A DNA stretch of 64,000 bases from Mobula hypostoma (lineage: Eukaryota): the NCBI RefSeq assembly GCF_963921235.1, contig NC_086097.1:136960001-137024000 (forward strand). Reading direction: 5' to 3'. The translations under genes were made by a program, and so were the position numbers. Of the stretch, positions 26,612-38,919 are shown piece by piece. A model generated the notes under the pieces. The model worked only from the letters and a program-made list of their open reading frames with translations, was not told where the DNA came from and ran no database searches. Within the stretch, counting starts at the first letter, position 1; every line of letters begins with the position of its first letter.

Positions 26612-27885
26612 TGAAGACAACAGGAATTCTGCAGATGCTGGAAATTCAAGCAACATACATCAAAGTTGCTGGTGAATGCAGCAGGCCAAGCAGCATCTAT
26701 AGGAAGAGGCGCAGTCGACGTTTCAGGCCGAGACCCTTCGTCAGGACTAACTGAAGGAAGAGTGAGTAAGGGATTTGAAAGCTGGAGGGGGAGGGGGAGA
26801 TGCAAAATGATAGGAGAAGACAGGAGGGGGAGGGATAGAGCCGAGAGCTAGACAGGTGATAGGCAAAAGGGGATACGAGAGGATCATGGGACAGGAGGCC
26901 TAGGGAGAAAGACGGGGGGGGGGTGACCCAGAGGATGGGCAAGAAGTATATTCAGAGGGACAGAGGGAGAAAAAGGAGAGTGAGAGAAAGAATGTGTGCA
27001 TAAAAATGAGTAACAGCTGGGGTACGAGGGGGAGGTGGGGCCTAGCGGAAGTTAGAGAAGTCAATGTTCATGCCATCAGGTTGGAGGCTACCCAGACGGA
27101 ATATAAGGTGTTGTTCCTCCAACCTGAGTGTGGCTTCATCTTTACAGTAGAGGAGGCCGTGGATAGACATGTCAGAATGGGAATGGGATGTGGAATTAAA
27201 ATGTGTGGCCACTGGGAGATCCTGCTTTCTCTGGCGGACAGAGCGTAGATGTTCAGCAAAGCGGTCTCCCAGTCTGCGTCGGGTCTCACCAATATATAAA
27301 AGGCCACATCGGGAGCACCGGACGCAGTATATCACCCCAGTCGACTCACAGGTGAAGTGATGCCTCACCTGGAAGGACTGTTTGGGGCCCTGAATGGTGG
27401 TAAGGGAGGAAGTGTAAGGGCATGTGTAGCACTTGTTCCGCTTACACGGATAAGTGCCAGGAGGGAGATCAGTGGGGAGGGATGGGGGGGACGAATGGAC
27501 AAGGGAGTTGTGTAGGGAGCGATCCCTGCGGAATACAGAGAGGGGGGGGAGGGAAAGATGTGCTTAGTGGTGGGATCCCATTGGAGGTGGCGGAAGTTAC
27601 GGAGAATAATATGTTGGACCCGGAGGCTGGTGGGGTGGTAGGTGAGGACCAGGGGAACCCTATTCCTAGTGGGGTGGCGGAAGGATGGAGTGAGAGCAGA
27701 TGTACGTGAAATGGGGGAGATGCGTTTAAGAGCAGAGTTGATAGTGGAGGAAGGGAAGCCCCTTTCTTTAAAAAATGAAGACATCTCCCTCGTCCTAGAA
27801 TGAAAAGCCTCATCCTGAGAGCAGATGCGGTGGAGACGGAGGAATTGCGAGAAGGGGATGGCGTTTTTGCAAGAGACAGGGTGAG
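26612..27885 (-). mobile_element. Penelope-like retroelement, 5'-truncated: RT thumb/linker, GIY-YIG endonuclease and 3' terminal repeat
   Basis: ORF 27042-27368 gives GVIYCVRCSRCGLLYIGETRRRLGDRFAEH...VATHFN...EEQHLIFRLGSLQPDGMN (GIY-YIG). Upstream HPVSCKNAIPFSQFLRL and CKRNKCYTC are separated from each other by one apparent frameshift near 27545. Confidence 0.92.
26712..26749 (-). ncRNA. Minimal type I hammerhead ribozyme motif, intact
   Basis: Minus strand: TAGTC-CTGACGA-AGG(GTCTCGG)CCT-GAAA-CG-TC^GACTG. Confidence 0.75.
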
Positions 27886-27929
27886 AGGAAGAATACATGC
27901 TGAAGACCTTTTTTTTCCAGGTACTCCAT

Positions 27930-28365
27930 AGACATTGATGTACGGCAGGAAGCATTCGGACCGATTGCATCACAGCCTGCTATGGAGGCTCCAATGCACA
28001 GAAAGCTGCAGGGGGCTGTGGACTCAGCCAGTTCCATCACGGGCATAGCCCAATCCACCTTCAAGGACATCATTAGGAGGCGGTGCCTCTTACCATCCAG
28101 GACATGCCCTTTTCTCATTACCACCTTTGGGGAGGAGGTACAGGAGCCTGGAGATCTACACTTACTGATTCAGAAACAGCTTCCTCCCCTTCGCCTTCAT
28201 ATTTCTGAACTGTCCATGGACCCATGAACACTACCCCATTATTCCTTGGTTTCCTGCAACATTTATTTCTGCTGTAATTTATAGTAAGATCATGCCTTTG
28301 CTCTGTACTGCTGCCGCAAAACAAAAAATTTCACATCATACAAGTCAATGATAAATCTGATTCTG
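27930..28365 (+). mobile_element. Rex1/Babar-type LINE 3' fragment
   Basis: Contains RKLQGAVDSASSITG and an aaatctgattctga tail. Confidence 0.75.
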
Positions 28366-28419
28366 AAACCTGCCCCAGCAGCATAGCACTAAGAGAAACT
28401 TCACATCATAATCACTATA

Positions 28420-29980
28420 CCCATAAAGGCAGAGGAACAAATTAGGCCAGCCAGCCCATTGGGTCCGCTATGCTATTCCATCATGGCTGATTTATTATCC
28501 CTCTCAACCCCATTCTCCCACCTTCCCCTGTAATCTTGACATCCTTACTAACCAAGAACCTGTCAAGCTTAACTTTAGATTTTCCAAATGATCTGACCTG
28601 CACAGCTGTCCGAGGCATGGAATCCCACCCTCTAGCTAAAGAAATTCCTCCTTATCTCTGTTCAAAGGGGAACCTCCTTGTGTTCAGAGGCTCTGCCCTT
28701 TGGTCCTAAGCTCCCCCAGAATGGGAAATACTCTGACTACATCTACTCTATCTAATCTTCGAAGCATGCTGGTATCTTTCCTGGCTCTTATCTCACTTCA
28801 CAGCCTCATATGCAGCACCTTGTCAAAGGCCTTCTGAAAATCCAAGTAAACAACTTCTGCTGCCTCCCCTTTGGAATGCCTGTTATTTCCTCAAAGAATT
28901 CCAACGGACTTATCAGGCAAGATTTCCCCTCAAGGAAGTCATGCTGACTTCAGCCTATTTTACCATGTGCCTGCCGCCAAGTACCTTGAAACCTCATCCT
29001 TAATAATGGACTCTAACATCTTCATAGGTCAGTCAACTGGCCTATAATTTTCTGCCTTTTGCCTCCCTCCCTTTTTAAAGAGTGGTGTGACATTTGCAAT
29101 GTTCCAGTCCACCAGAGCCAATCCAGAGCCTAGTGATTCTTGAGCTACCTCTCTCAGAATCCTGTGGTGTACTTCATCTAGTCCAGTTGAATTATCTACC
29201 TTCAGACTGTTCAGCTACCTAGTAATACCAGCAGTCACTTCTGCCCCGACATTCTTGCATTTCTGGCATACAGCTGGCATCTTTCACAATGAAGGCTGAT
29301 GAAAAATACTTAGAGTTTATCTGCCATTTCTTGACCCCCATTATTACCTCTCCAGCATCATTTTCCAATGGCCTGTCTCTTGCCTATCTTCTAGTCTTCA
29401 TAGTTCTGGAAAATACCATTAGTACCCTCTTTAATAATACTATTGGTTAGCTTACAGTATTTCATTTATTCTCTCATTTTTTTAATTGCCTTCTGTTGAT
29501 TTTTAAAAGATTCCCAATCCTCCACCTTCTCACTAATTTTTGCTATATTTTTATGCCCTCTCTTTCGCTCCAGTGCTGTCTTGTCAGCCATGGTTGCCTT
29601 GTCCTCCCTTTAGAATATTTCTTCTTTTTTAGGATGAATCTATTCTGTGCCTTCCAATTTGCTTCCAGAAACTCCAGCCCTTGCTGGTCTGCCATCATCC
29701 TTGCTAGTGTGCCCTTCCAATCAACTCTGGCCAGCTCTTCTCACATGCCTCCGTAGTTCCCTCTACTGCACTGTAACACTGATACATCTGATTTTAAGCT
29801 TCTCTATCTCAAACTGCAGGGTGAATTCTATCATAAGATGATCACTGTCTCCTAAGGGTTCCTTTATCTTAAGCTCCCTAATCAAAGCCAGTTCATTACA
29901 CAGCACTCAACCCAGAATTGTCTTTTCCTTAGTGAACGTGACCACAAGCTACTTTAAAAAAACATCTTGCAGGCATGCTA
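28420..29980 (-). mobile_element. Decayed CR1 LINE with internal deletions
   Basis: Collinear similarity to the CR1 at 600-3025 (3' UTR, ccttgtcaaaggccttctgaaaatccaagta, tttgcctccctccctttttaaa). Confidence 0.85.
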
Positions 29981-30814
29981 CAGGATGTTCACTGCCACTG
30001 ATGGTGGATTTTTAGACATTCATGTTTCAACCTTTCTGGAATCAATTGCCGATGAAGTTCTCCCACACATTTCACCCATACCAAAACTGACAACAAGTTC
30101 AGGTGTCAACACAGGCAGAGAAACTGCCCAGTCACTGGGGTTTATCGAGGGGAGTGACTGTGTGGTATCTCTTGAAGTTCATGTTCCAGTTAGTGATAGG
30201 AGTAGAAACTCTCAGAAGACATTCTGTGGCAGTACACCAGGAGTGTCACAGAGATGTACAACACGGAAAGAGAGCTTTCAACCCACCATGTCCATCCTGA
30301 CCTTCTCAACCACTCACATCAATCCCATTTGCCTGTATAAAATTGCACCCAGTGCTGTCAAACACAGAACAGTATAGCACACACTGGAACAGTCCCTGTT
30401 GTCCATGATATCCATGCCAAATTAAACCAATCCCTTCGGCCTGCACATGCTCCATATCCCTCTAATCCCAGTGTATTGATTTGTCTACTTAAAAGTCTCT
30501 TGTATGCCACTATCATACCTGCTCCCTCTACAACCCTTTGCGGTGTTCAGGCACCCACCGCTTGGTGTAAAAAAAAAACCTTGCTCCGTACATCTCTTTT
30601 AATTCCCCTCCTCCCACCTTAAAACTATGCCCTGTAGTATCTGACAAAAGGTCCTACTGTACCCTATCTGTGAGTCACATAATTCTGTAAATTTCTATAC
30701 GGAGTTCTCTCTTGCCTCTTTCATAGTCTGGCTAAATGCCTCTTAAACACAATGACTATATCTAACTCAACCAACTCCCCTAGCAAGACATACCAGTTAG
30801 TAGAATGGTGTCAC

Positions 30815-31030
30815 AGCCCACGTCAATAAAACCAAAGGACTGACTGTAGACTTCAGATAGGTAGGACGAGCCAACACACACCAGTCCTCAGAAGTGGAGA
30901 GAGTGAGAGATTTCAAGTTCCTGGGTGTCAAGATCCCTGAGGACCTAACCTGGACCGAACATTTCAGTGTAGCTATAAGGAAGGCAAGACAGAGGCTATA
31001 TTTCATTAGGAATTTGAGGAGATATGGTAC
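30815..31030 (+). mobile_element. Rex1/Babar-type fragment
   Basis: Contains KTKGLTVDFR, FKFLGV and ARQRLYFIR remnants. Confidence 0.75.
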
Positions 31031-31067
31031 GTACTTCCGGTAAGTGATGCTGGAGAGCGAGCTGGTC

Positions 31068-31240
31068 CAGATATCATAGGAGCCTATCGTGATATCCGAG
31101 GACCCCACTGGGATCTTGAAGGAGCCCGGCGGGATATTGGAGGAGATGACCCCACTGGGATGTCGAAGGAGCCTGCTGGGATATTGGAGGACCCCACTGG
31201 GATGTCGTAGTAGCCCGTCGGGATATCGGAGGAGATGACC
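31068..31240. repeat. 21-bp tandem repeat with 42-bp higher-order alternation (8 cores)
   Basis: GGGATRTYGRAGG-like cores at 31068, 31089, 31110, 31131, 31157, 31178, 31199 and 31220. Confidence 0.85.
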
Positions 31241-31349
31241 TGGCTGCAGCCTGTGTTGCTGCCCATTACTCAGAAGCATCAAAGTTGGTGAAATATAACT
31301 ATGGGAGATTGTCCCCTCCAGTTCCGGATAACCCCAAGATAGAAAACAT

Positions 31350-32925
31350 GACCTAAATTCCAGTGAGTACAGGCCCAAAACTGCCAAATGCTCCTCATAT
31401 GTTAACCCCTTCATTTCTGGAATAATCTTCGTGAACCTTCTCTGGACTCTCCCCAACAACATCACATCCTTTCTGAGATATGGGGTCCAAAACTGTTGAC
31501 AATATTCCAAGTGTGGCCTGACTAGTGTCTTATAAAGGCTCGGCATTATCTCCTTGCTTTTATATTCTATTCACCTTGAAATAAATGCCAACATTGCATT
31601 TGCCTTCTTTACCACAGACTCAGCCTGCAAATTAACTGTCTGGGTCTTGCACGAGGAATCCTAAGTCCCTCTGCACCTCTGATGTTTGAACATTCTCCCC
31701 AGTTAGATAATGTTTAGATAATATCCACACTATTGTTCCTTTTACCAAAATGCATTATCATACATTTCCATCTGCCAATTTTTTGCCCATTCTTCCAATT
31801 TGTCTAAGTCCTGTTGCAATTGCATTGCTTTCTCAGCATTACCTACCCCTCCACATATCTTCGTATCGTCCGCAAACTTTGCCACAAAGCCATCAATTCC
31901 ATTATCTAAATTACTGACAATGTGAAAAGTAGCAGTCCCAATACTGATCCCTGAGGAACACCACTAGTCACCGGTAGCCAACCAGAAAAGGCCCCCTTTA
32001 TTCCCACTCGCTGACTCCTGCCTCCTGCCTATCAGCTATTCCTCTATCCATGCAAATATCTTTCCTGTAACACCACAGGATTTTATCTTGTTAAGCAGCC
32101 TCATGTGTGGTACAGTATGAAAAGCCTTCTGAAAGTCCAAGTAAATGACATCCACTGCCTCTCCTTTGTCCACCCTGCTTGTTACTTCCCCGAAGAACTC
32201 TAACGGATCTGTCAGGCAAGATTTCCTTTTACAAAAACCATGCTGACTTTGACTTACTTTATCATGAGTCTCCAAGAACCTCAAAACCTCATCCTTAATA
32301 ATTGACTCCAAAACTGAGGTTAGGCTAACTGGCGTATAATTTCCTTTCTTTTGCCTTCCTCCCTTTTTAAACAGTGGAGTGACATTTGCAATCTTCCAGT
32401 CCTCTAGGACCATGCCAGAGTCAAATGAATCTTGAAAGATCAACACCAATGCATCTGAAACCTTTTCAGCAACCTCTCTCAGGACTCCGGAATGTAGTCC
32501 ATCTGGTCCAAGTGACTTATCCACCTGAAGATCTTTCAGTTTGCCTAGCACTTTTTCCTTTGTAAAAGCAATGGCATTCACTCCTGTTCCCAACGCTCAC
32601 GGACCTCAGGCACACTGCTGGTGTCTTCCACGGTAAAGACTGATACAAAGTACCCATTAAGTTCATCTGCCATTTCTTTGTCCCCCATTACTAACTCAGT
32701 AGCATCATCTTCCAGTGGTTCAATATCAACTCTCACCTTGTTAACTAATTGAAAAAAAACTTTTGGTGTCCTGCTTTATATTATTGGCTAGTCTGCCTTG
32801 ATATTTCATCTTTTCTCTTCTTATAGCTTTTGTAGTTGCTTTTTGTTGGATTTTAAAAACTTCCCAATCATCCAACCTCCCACTTACTTTTGCTACCTTA
32901 TATGACCTTCCCTTGGCTTTTCTGC
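31350..32925 (-). mobile_element. CR1 LINE ORF2 fragment
   Basis: ORF 32036-32593 contains EDWKIANVTPLFKKG and IYLDFQKAF. RPHLEYCQQFWTP lies near 31500. Confidence 0.92.
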
Positions 32926-33154
32926 AGTCCGTAGCATCCTTTGTCATGGACTCAGGTGGGCAGGCTGGGGCTCTGTTTATCTCCAAGGCAACTCTTCAAA
33001 CAGTGCAGCATTCCCTCAGTGTCCCAGAGAACCACCAGCCAGGATCTTTGTGCTCACAACCTCAGACCAGGACTTCAGTGACTCTGAATTGGATACCCTG
33101 AACTATGACAGACAGGTTGCACTGATTTAACACACATACATTAGGAAAATAATA

Positions 33155-33890
33155 AACGCAAGAGATTCTGCGGATGCTGGAAGTTCAGAGCTAAGCACGC
33201 AGAATGTTGGAAAAACTCAGCAGGTCAGGCAGCATCTATGGAGGGGAATGAATAGTTGAAATTTCAGGCCAAGACTCTTCAGGACTGGAAAGGAAGAGGG
33301 AAGACACCAAAATAAAAAGGACGGAGGAGGGGGAGGAGTTCGAGCTGGTAGATGGAAGGTAGGTGGGTGGGAAGGGTAAAGGGCTGGAGAAGAAAGAATC
33401 TGACAGAAGAGGAAAGTGGACCATGAGATAAAGGGAATGAAGGAGAAATCAATGTTCATGCCATCATGTTGGAGACTACCTAGGCGGAATACGAGGTCTT
33501 GCTCCTCCACCCTGAAAGTGGCTGTATCATGGCAAAAGAGGAGACCATGGACCAACACGACGGTATGGGAATTGGGATAGGAACTTAAATGGTTGGCCAC
33601 CAAGAAATTCCACTTTTGGAGGATGGAGTGGACATGCTCCACAAAGCGGTCCCCCCAATTTACATTGGGTACCAGCAATGCCGATGAGGAAACATAGGGG
33701 ACCCCGGATACAGAAATCGACTACAACAGAATTGCAGTCGAGGTGTTGCCTCAACTAGAAGGACTGCTTGGGACTGTGTATGAAGGTGAGGAGGAAGTAA
33801 ATGGGCAGGTGTAACATTTCCGTCACTTGCAGAGATCTGTGCCACGTGGAAGAATAATTGGGAAGGACGAATGGACAAGGGAAAAGCTTA
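33155..33890 (-). mobile_element. Older PLE copy (GIY-YIG C-terminus and 3' repeat)
   Basis: Translates to GDRFVEH...VANH...HGLLFCHD...EEQDLVFRLGSLQHDGMNIDFS. Confidence 0.85.
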
Positions 33891-34138
33891 GGAAAATAAT
33901 TTTTGTTTAGTTTTATAACTGTGAGAATATATATCCTTGAACAAATTATTGCTTTATAGGTCACCATGGAGCTTTGATTGTGATGCGATCATTTCCAAAT
34001 GATAGGGAGACAATAAACAATTTCAGCAGAACATCAAAGAGAAATCAAAGGGAAACTCAACAGTCTTCCTCAGTATATGAGTACACCATCGGCTGGAGAC
34101 CTCCAGTGAATGATGACGTGTCAGCTGATGTCCCTCAC

Positions 34139-34177
34139 CTGCCAGGTTGTTTTCTCCAATGTGGACCATCGGGCAAG
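34139..34177 (-). CDS. col14a1: col14a1 39-nt micro-exon, VWA-TSPN linker (TCPMVHIGENNLA)
   Basis: Acceptor cttccag, donor gtgagg, phase 1/1. Fits the TCPxxHxxxxxLA linker expected between the neighbouring exons. Confidence 0.88.
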
Positions 34178-34589
34178 CTGGAAGTAGAACAATTACACAC
34201 GTCAGTGCCAGGAGTCATTCCACAACCCCATTCACAAAGGCTCCTAGCTATCCAAGACACACGGAGCTCACATTCCTGATCACAGACTCCCAAACACATT
34301 TACCGGATCCCAAATTCCCAATCACACATTCCAGATTTCAGACACTGGGTCACACATTTTCCACCATAGATTCCAGATCCCACATTCCCAACACAGACAT
34401 TGGGTCAGCATTCCCAATCACCCACTCCAGATCCCCATTTGGTCACAGACCCTGGATCCCACTTGTTAGGGATTATTTTGGGGTTATGTCAATATAACAG
34501 ATATCAATAATAAATAAAACAGAAGCACTACACTACAGCAGAGAGAGGAGAGTGAACACATACACAGGCAGCAGGTTCACTTTTGTGAT

Positions 34590-35025
34590 GGAGCATTATT
34601 ACCTTATGGTTGAGTAAACTTGGACTTTTCTCCTTGGAGTGGCAGAGGATGAGAGGTGACCTGATAGAGGTGTAGGAGATAATGAGAGGCATTGATCGTG
34701 TGGATAGTCAGAGGCTTTTTCCCAGGGCTGAAGTGGCTAGCACGAGAGGGCGCAGTTTTAAGGTGCTTGGAAGTAGGTACAGAGGAGATGTTAAGGGTAA
34801 GTTTTTTTTTTCGCAGAGAGTGGTGAGTGTGTGGAATGGGCTGCCAGCGACGGTGGTGGAGGTGGATACGATAGGGTCTTTTAAGAGACTCCTGTATAGG
34901 TACATGGAGCTTAGAAAAATAGGGGGCTATGGGTAGACCGAAGTAATTTCTAAAGTAAGTACATGCTCGGCACAGCTTTGTGGGCTGAAGGGCTGGTATT
35001 GTGCTGTAGGTTTTCTATGTTTCTA
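34590..35025 (+). mobile_element. CR1 3' fragment inserted in the ERV
   Basis: Contains MRGIDRVDSQRLFP...FFSQRVVSVWNGLP and a ttctatgtttctatg tail. Confidence 0.88.
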
Positions 35026-37004
35026 TGACATGGGCACAGAGGGCTTTTGTAACCTCAACAGGTGCAGGCATTCAGCACGGGCACCCAATACAAGTACTGC
35101 TCAAAGCAGTGAAGTTGCCTGAAGAGGTGGCAGTGATTAAAGTAAGGCTCACCAGAGAAGGAAAAGTAATGAGCAGAAAGGGAATAAATGAGCAGACCTC
35201 AGGGCAAAAAGAGCCGAAGAAGAAAGCAAATCAATAGAAATTGATTTCTGTTGAAATTCGGCATAGAAGGAAAATCTAACACAGCCTATCTAGTAAAACT
35301 ATATGAGGATGTGGAAGCAGAGGAGAAGGAGAAGTGGAGAGGAGGAGGAACAAAAGAGGGACCAAAGGCATGGGGAAGGAATAGTTGTAGCCCCAGCATG
35401 TATTAGGCAGATACTGCTAAAGTTATATCATGGGTCAATGCATCAGGGAAGGCACAATATGGTCCCAACCCTCTTGGTGGTGACCAGAGATGGGCAGGGA
35501 CGTGGAGAAGTTTTGCTGGACATGTATCAGTTGTGCCCAATGTAACCGCGGAGGGATACAAAGGTGCAGCTAGCAAACCAAGTGGGGGGCTAGGAAATCA
35601 TCCAAATGACCTAATGGGACCCTGCCAAAAATCAGGGGGAAAAGCTACTGCCTGGTGATCGTGGATCACTTCAGCTGATGGGTAGAGGCTTTCCTGACAA
35701 GGCATTGTACCACCAGCACGGCGGCATGGATTTCACCTCAGGAAATCCTCCCCAGGGTGGGGAATCCCAGCCCAGGTGGACACCGATCAGTGACCACAAT
35801 TCACAGGAAATGTGATGAAGAAAATGTACAAGCTGTTAGGCATTCGACAACGATTCCATGTACTCTGTCACCCTCAGAGCTTTGGAACGGTAGAAAGGAT
35901 GGGCTAAACAATCAAAACTGCCTTAGCTAAACCTATAGACATGGGCTGATGCATTGCCAGGAATCTTGATGGGATTGCGAGCAACCCCAAACTGCCCGAT
36001 GGATCTCAGCCTCCACGAATTACTGGTGGGGCAAGCAACTCGATTCCCTTACGAAGTGATCACGGATTGCAGTAAACCTTGAACTTTTAGAGATAACATG
36101 GCCAGTATGCAAGGAACCTCTGTAAACAGCTTAAAGTGTTGAAGGGCCGATCAAAATAACAGCATCACCTTGCCAATGAGAGAGAGAGCCAGAGGAAGAG
36201 AAGATCATCCTCCCACAGCCAGGAGACTAGGTCATGGTAAGGGAGCTACCTGAAAAGGCTGGGTTCAATTCCAGATCAATAGGACCACAGGCGGCGCTTC
36301 TGACAAATGACACCTGTGTCTGTGCGCAGACACGGCGAGGCAGCCAGTGGAAACACTGGACCCAGGTCAAACTGTACGACTCACCTTGTCGCCCTCACAG
36401 ACAGAACAAGGGATCAAGTCCACCCATTAACAGTGTCATTACCGAGCTTCAGCAGCCTGCTGTGTCACATCTGACCACACCTGATGGAAGTAGACCCACA
36501 GATGAAAGAAAACAGAGATGTGAAAGCTGAAGGCACAGAGAAAGCATGTCAGCAAACCGTGAATAAAGTGTTGCAGTATACCAGGAACTGCACTCTGTAA
36601 TGATGGCTGGTTCTGGGAGGTAGGTGATTAGCTGGATAGATCAGAATAGGAAGATATTGGGGAAAATAGACAAGGGGGGATCAGAGTTATGGCAGAGACA
36701 TCAAGTTGCACAGCCTTGGTGGCAAGGCAGACCAAGAAAGAAGAAATTGTACCTAGCATCTGAAGGCAGCCACCCCAACCTGGAATGGGTGTGGACACAA
36801 ATGACAGGGGCTCTTTCAGTCTTCAGGCCAGCAATCAAAACGACAGACCAGGAAGGGGTGCCACCCGAGTGAGATCCAAATGGACACCACTCTAAACCCT
36901 CCCGTAGTTCGACTGAAAGGACTGAAAGACTTGCCAGATTATTCTGGCAATCCCCTGTCATGGCATGGAATGTGAACTGTTGCCTATGGCACAGAGTAAC
37001 TACT

Positions 37005-37490
37005 GAAGTCACACTCAGGTTGGAGGAACAGCACCTTATATTTTGTCTGGGTAGCCTCCAACCTGATGGCATGAACATTGACTTCTTTAACTTCCGCTAA
37101 TGCCCCACGTCCCCCTCGTACCCCATCCGTTATTTATTTATATACACACATTCTTTTTCTCTCTCTCCTTTTTCTCCCTCTGTCCTCCTCACTATACCCT
37201 TTGCCCATCCTCTGGTTTTTTTTCCCCCTTCCCCCTTTTCCTTCTCCCTTGGCCTCCTGTCCCATGATCCTCTCATATCCCCTTTGCCAATCACCTGTCC
37301 AGCTCTTGGCTCCATCCCTCCCCTCCTGTCTTCTCCTATCATTTTGGATCTCCCCCTCCCCCTTTCAAAACTCTTACTCACTCTTCCTTCAGTTAGTCCT
37401 GACAAAGGGTCTCGGCCTGAAACGTCGACTGTACCTCTTCCTAGATATGCTGCCTGGCCTGCTGTGTTCACCATCAACTTTGATGTGTGT
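37005..37490 (+). mobile_element. PLE 3' fragment inserted in the ERV; hammerhead core mutated (CTGACAA)
   Basis: Near-identical to the reverse complement of 26650-27135. Confidence 0.9.
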
Positions 37491-38919
37491 TATTGTTAGC
37501 CACTGTTCCGTTTTAGCTCTCAGATATTGAAGGGGCAAAGATAAGGATATGTAGACAGCAATGGACCAGCAGGGAAGGAGGCAACAAGCACATGAATGCC
37601 AAAGCTGCATTTTAAAGACTGGTTTATATCGAGAGGACAAAAGTATCCAAGAAGAGGATCTGATCAAATTTCTGAAATGTTTTATTGTGGTCTTTTCTTA
37701 GTCTTGTAGATACCCAATTAGGGATGATAGAGTAACATCGATGCATATAGGGACGTCATAGGTTAGCAATTGGGGAAGAGATCCGGTGAAGGGTATTCTC
37801 ACTGCCCTATTTAATTAGATACTCCTTAAAGTTTAGCCTTCCTGAGACAGATTGCTGTCTAGGAGTCAAGAGGAAGATATGTTAGGGAGTATTTTGGAGT
37901 TATGTCAATATAATAGATATTAATTCATGCAAGAACCAGTTTTCAGTTTTTATTGTAAATTACAAGCAGTAAACTGCAGCTAAAAATCCATAGATAAGGT
38001 TTGCATATTCATTACTCCAACATTAAGACAATGGGGTCGTGTTAATTGGCCTGCATCAAACCCGGCAACATGGGCTAAGTTGTTTGCACCATTGTGACTT
38101 GAGTGCAAGCTGGCAAACCAGATGGATATTCTCACTTAGCATATCAAATATGGTCACAGGTATTGACAATCAATATTTTTTGTGTAGACAGACAGTTCTG
38201 ACAACATTAATTTTGGGTGTCTGGCTCTCTGTCGTCAGAAGATTTTCAAATATCTGTGCTAATTATTTTCTCTCAACAAAGGTGTTTGAACCTTCAAAGG
38301 TGTTTTATCAATCACTGTAAATATGTACCTCAAAGGAATCATCCATCAAGCCAAAGTATTGAAGTAAGCAACGTCATTGTAACTATTGAAATTGCATTGA
38401 ACCACCTGCTGCTATCTTTGATCTTAAGGGTATAAAATTGTGATGTACCTTTGGGTTTATCAGCCTCTACCAAGAGCGTCTCCAGAATGAAGCTTGCTTG
38501 TCACAGCACCATTTTCCAATCATGACGCAGATTCACACATTCCAAATCCCAGACTCTTTTTTTTAATGCATTCCCAATCATGGGATTTCTGATTAGACAC
38601 TCTGATTTACACAATCTGAATCATAGAACAGGTATCATGGGCTATCCAATCATGGGATTCCCAATCATAGCCCTGAAGGTGAACTGAAACTGAGAGACTG
38701 ATGGATGTAAGTACTTGGCAATATACTCAGTGATGATATACCGTGACAGTCGAATAATTGAGATTTTCATTCGACATCCCTCAGTCATTTCTGCACCTGA
38801 CGTGCACCACGTTGATCAGGGTAAACTATAGGTAGCATACCCCAGCTATCAACCACTCTCTGTGTAAAAGTCTGTCTCTCAGATCCCCTTTAAAACTCTT
38901 TACTCTCATCTTAAGATTT

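Larger units (their letters stand above)
34464..37924 (+). mobile_element. Degraded endogenous retrovirus (probably class I-like): LTR start, RNase H/integrase remnants, PPT, second LTR start
   Basis: RNase H end WAQRAFVTS...LLKAVKLPEEVAVIK. Integrase HGSMH...CISC, YCLVIVDHFS*WVEAF, VDTDQ, HPQSFGTVER, and C-terminal PGD*VMVRE...GP...WKHWTQVK. A 45-bp direct repeat starting TGTTAGGGA occurs at 34464 and 37880 (41/45 identical); the second copy follows a purine tract. Confidence 0.85.

Noticed and set aside
27365..27973. 202-aa ORF
   Set aside because: Chimera of antisense Rex1 or junction sequence and a frameshifted PLE ORF.
29967..30377. 136-aa plus-strand ORF in apparently unique sequence
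   Set aside because: No recognisable domain, non-ATG start inside a CR1 end, and it runs into another repeat.
31068..31240. CRISPR-like repeat-spacer appearance
   Set aside because: The linkers are only 8-13 bp and themselves repeat in alternation, the cores are degenerate, there are no cas genes and the context is a vertebrate intron.
30797..31546. 249-aa ORF
   Set aside because: Chance read-through of CR1 RT remnant, the tandem repeat and an antisense Rex1 fragment. Not a gene.
35460..35910. Stop codons in the ERV integrase as an APOBEC hypermutation signature
   Set aside because: Too few and of mixed type. Ordinary decay, including CpG loss, explains them.
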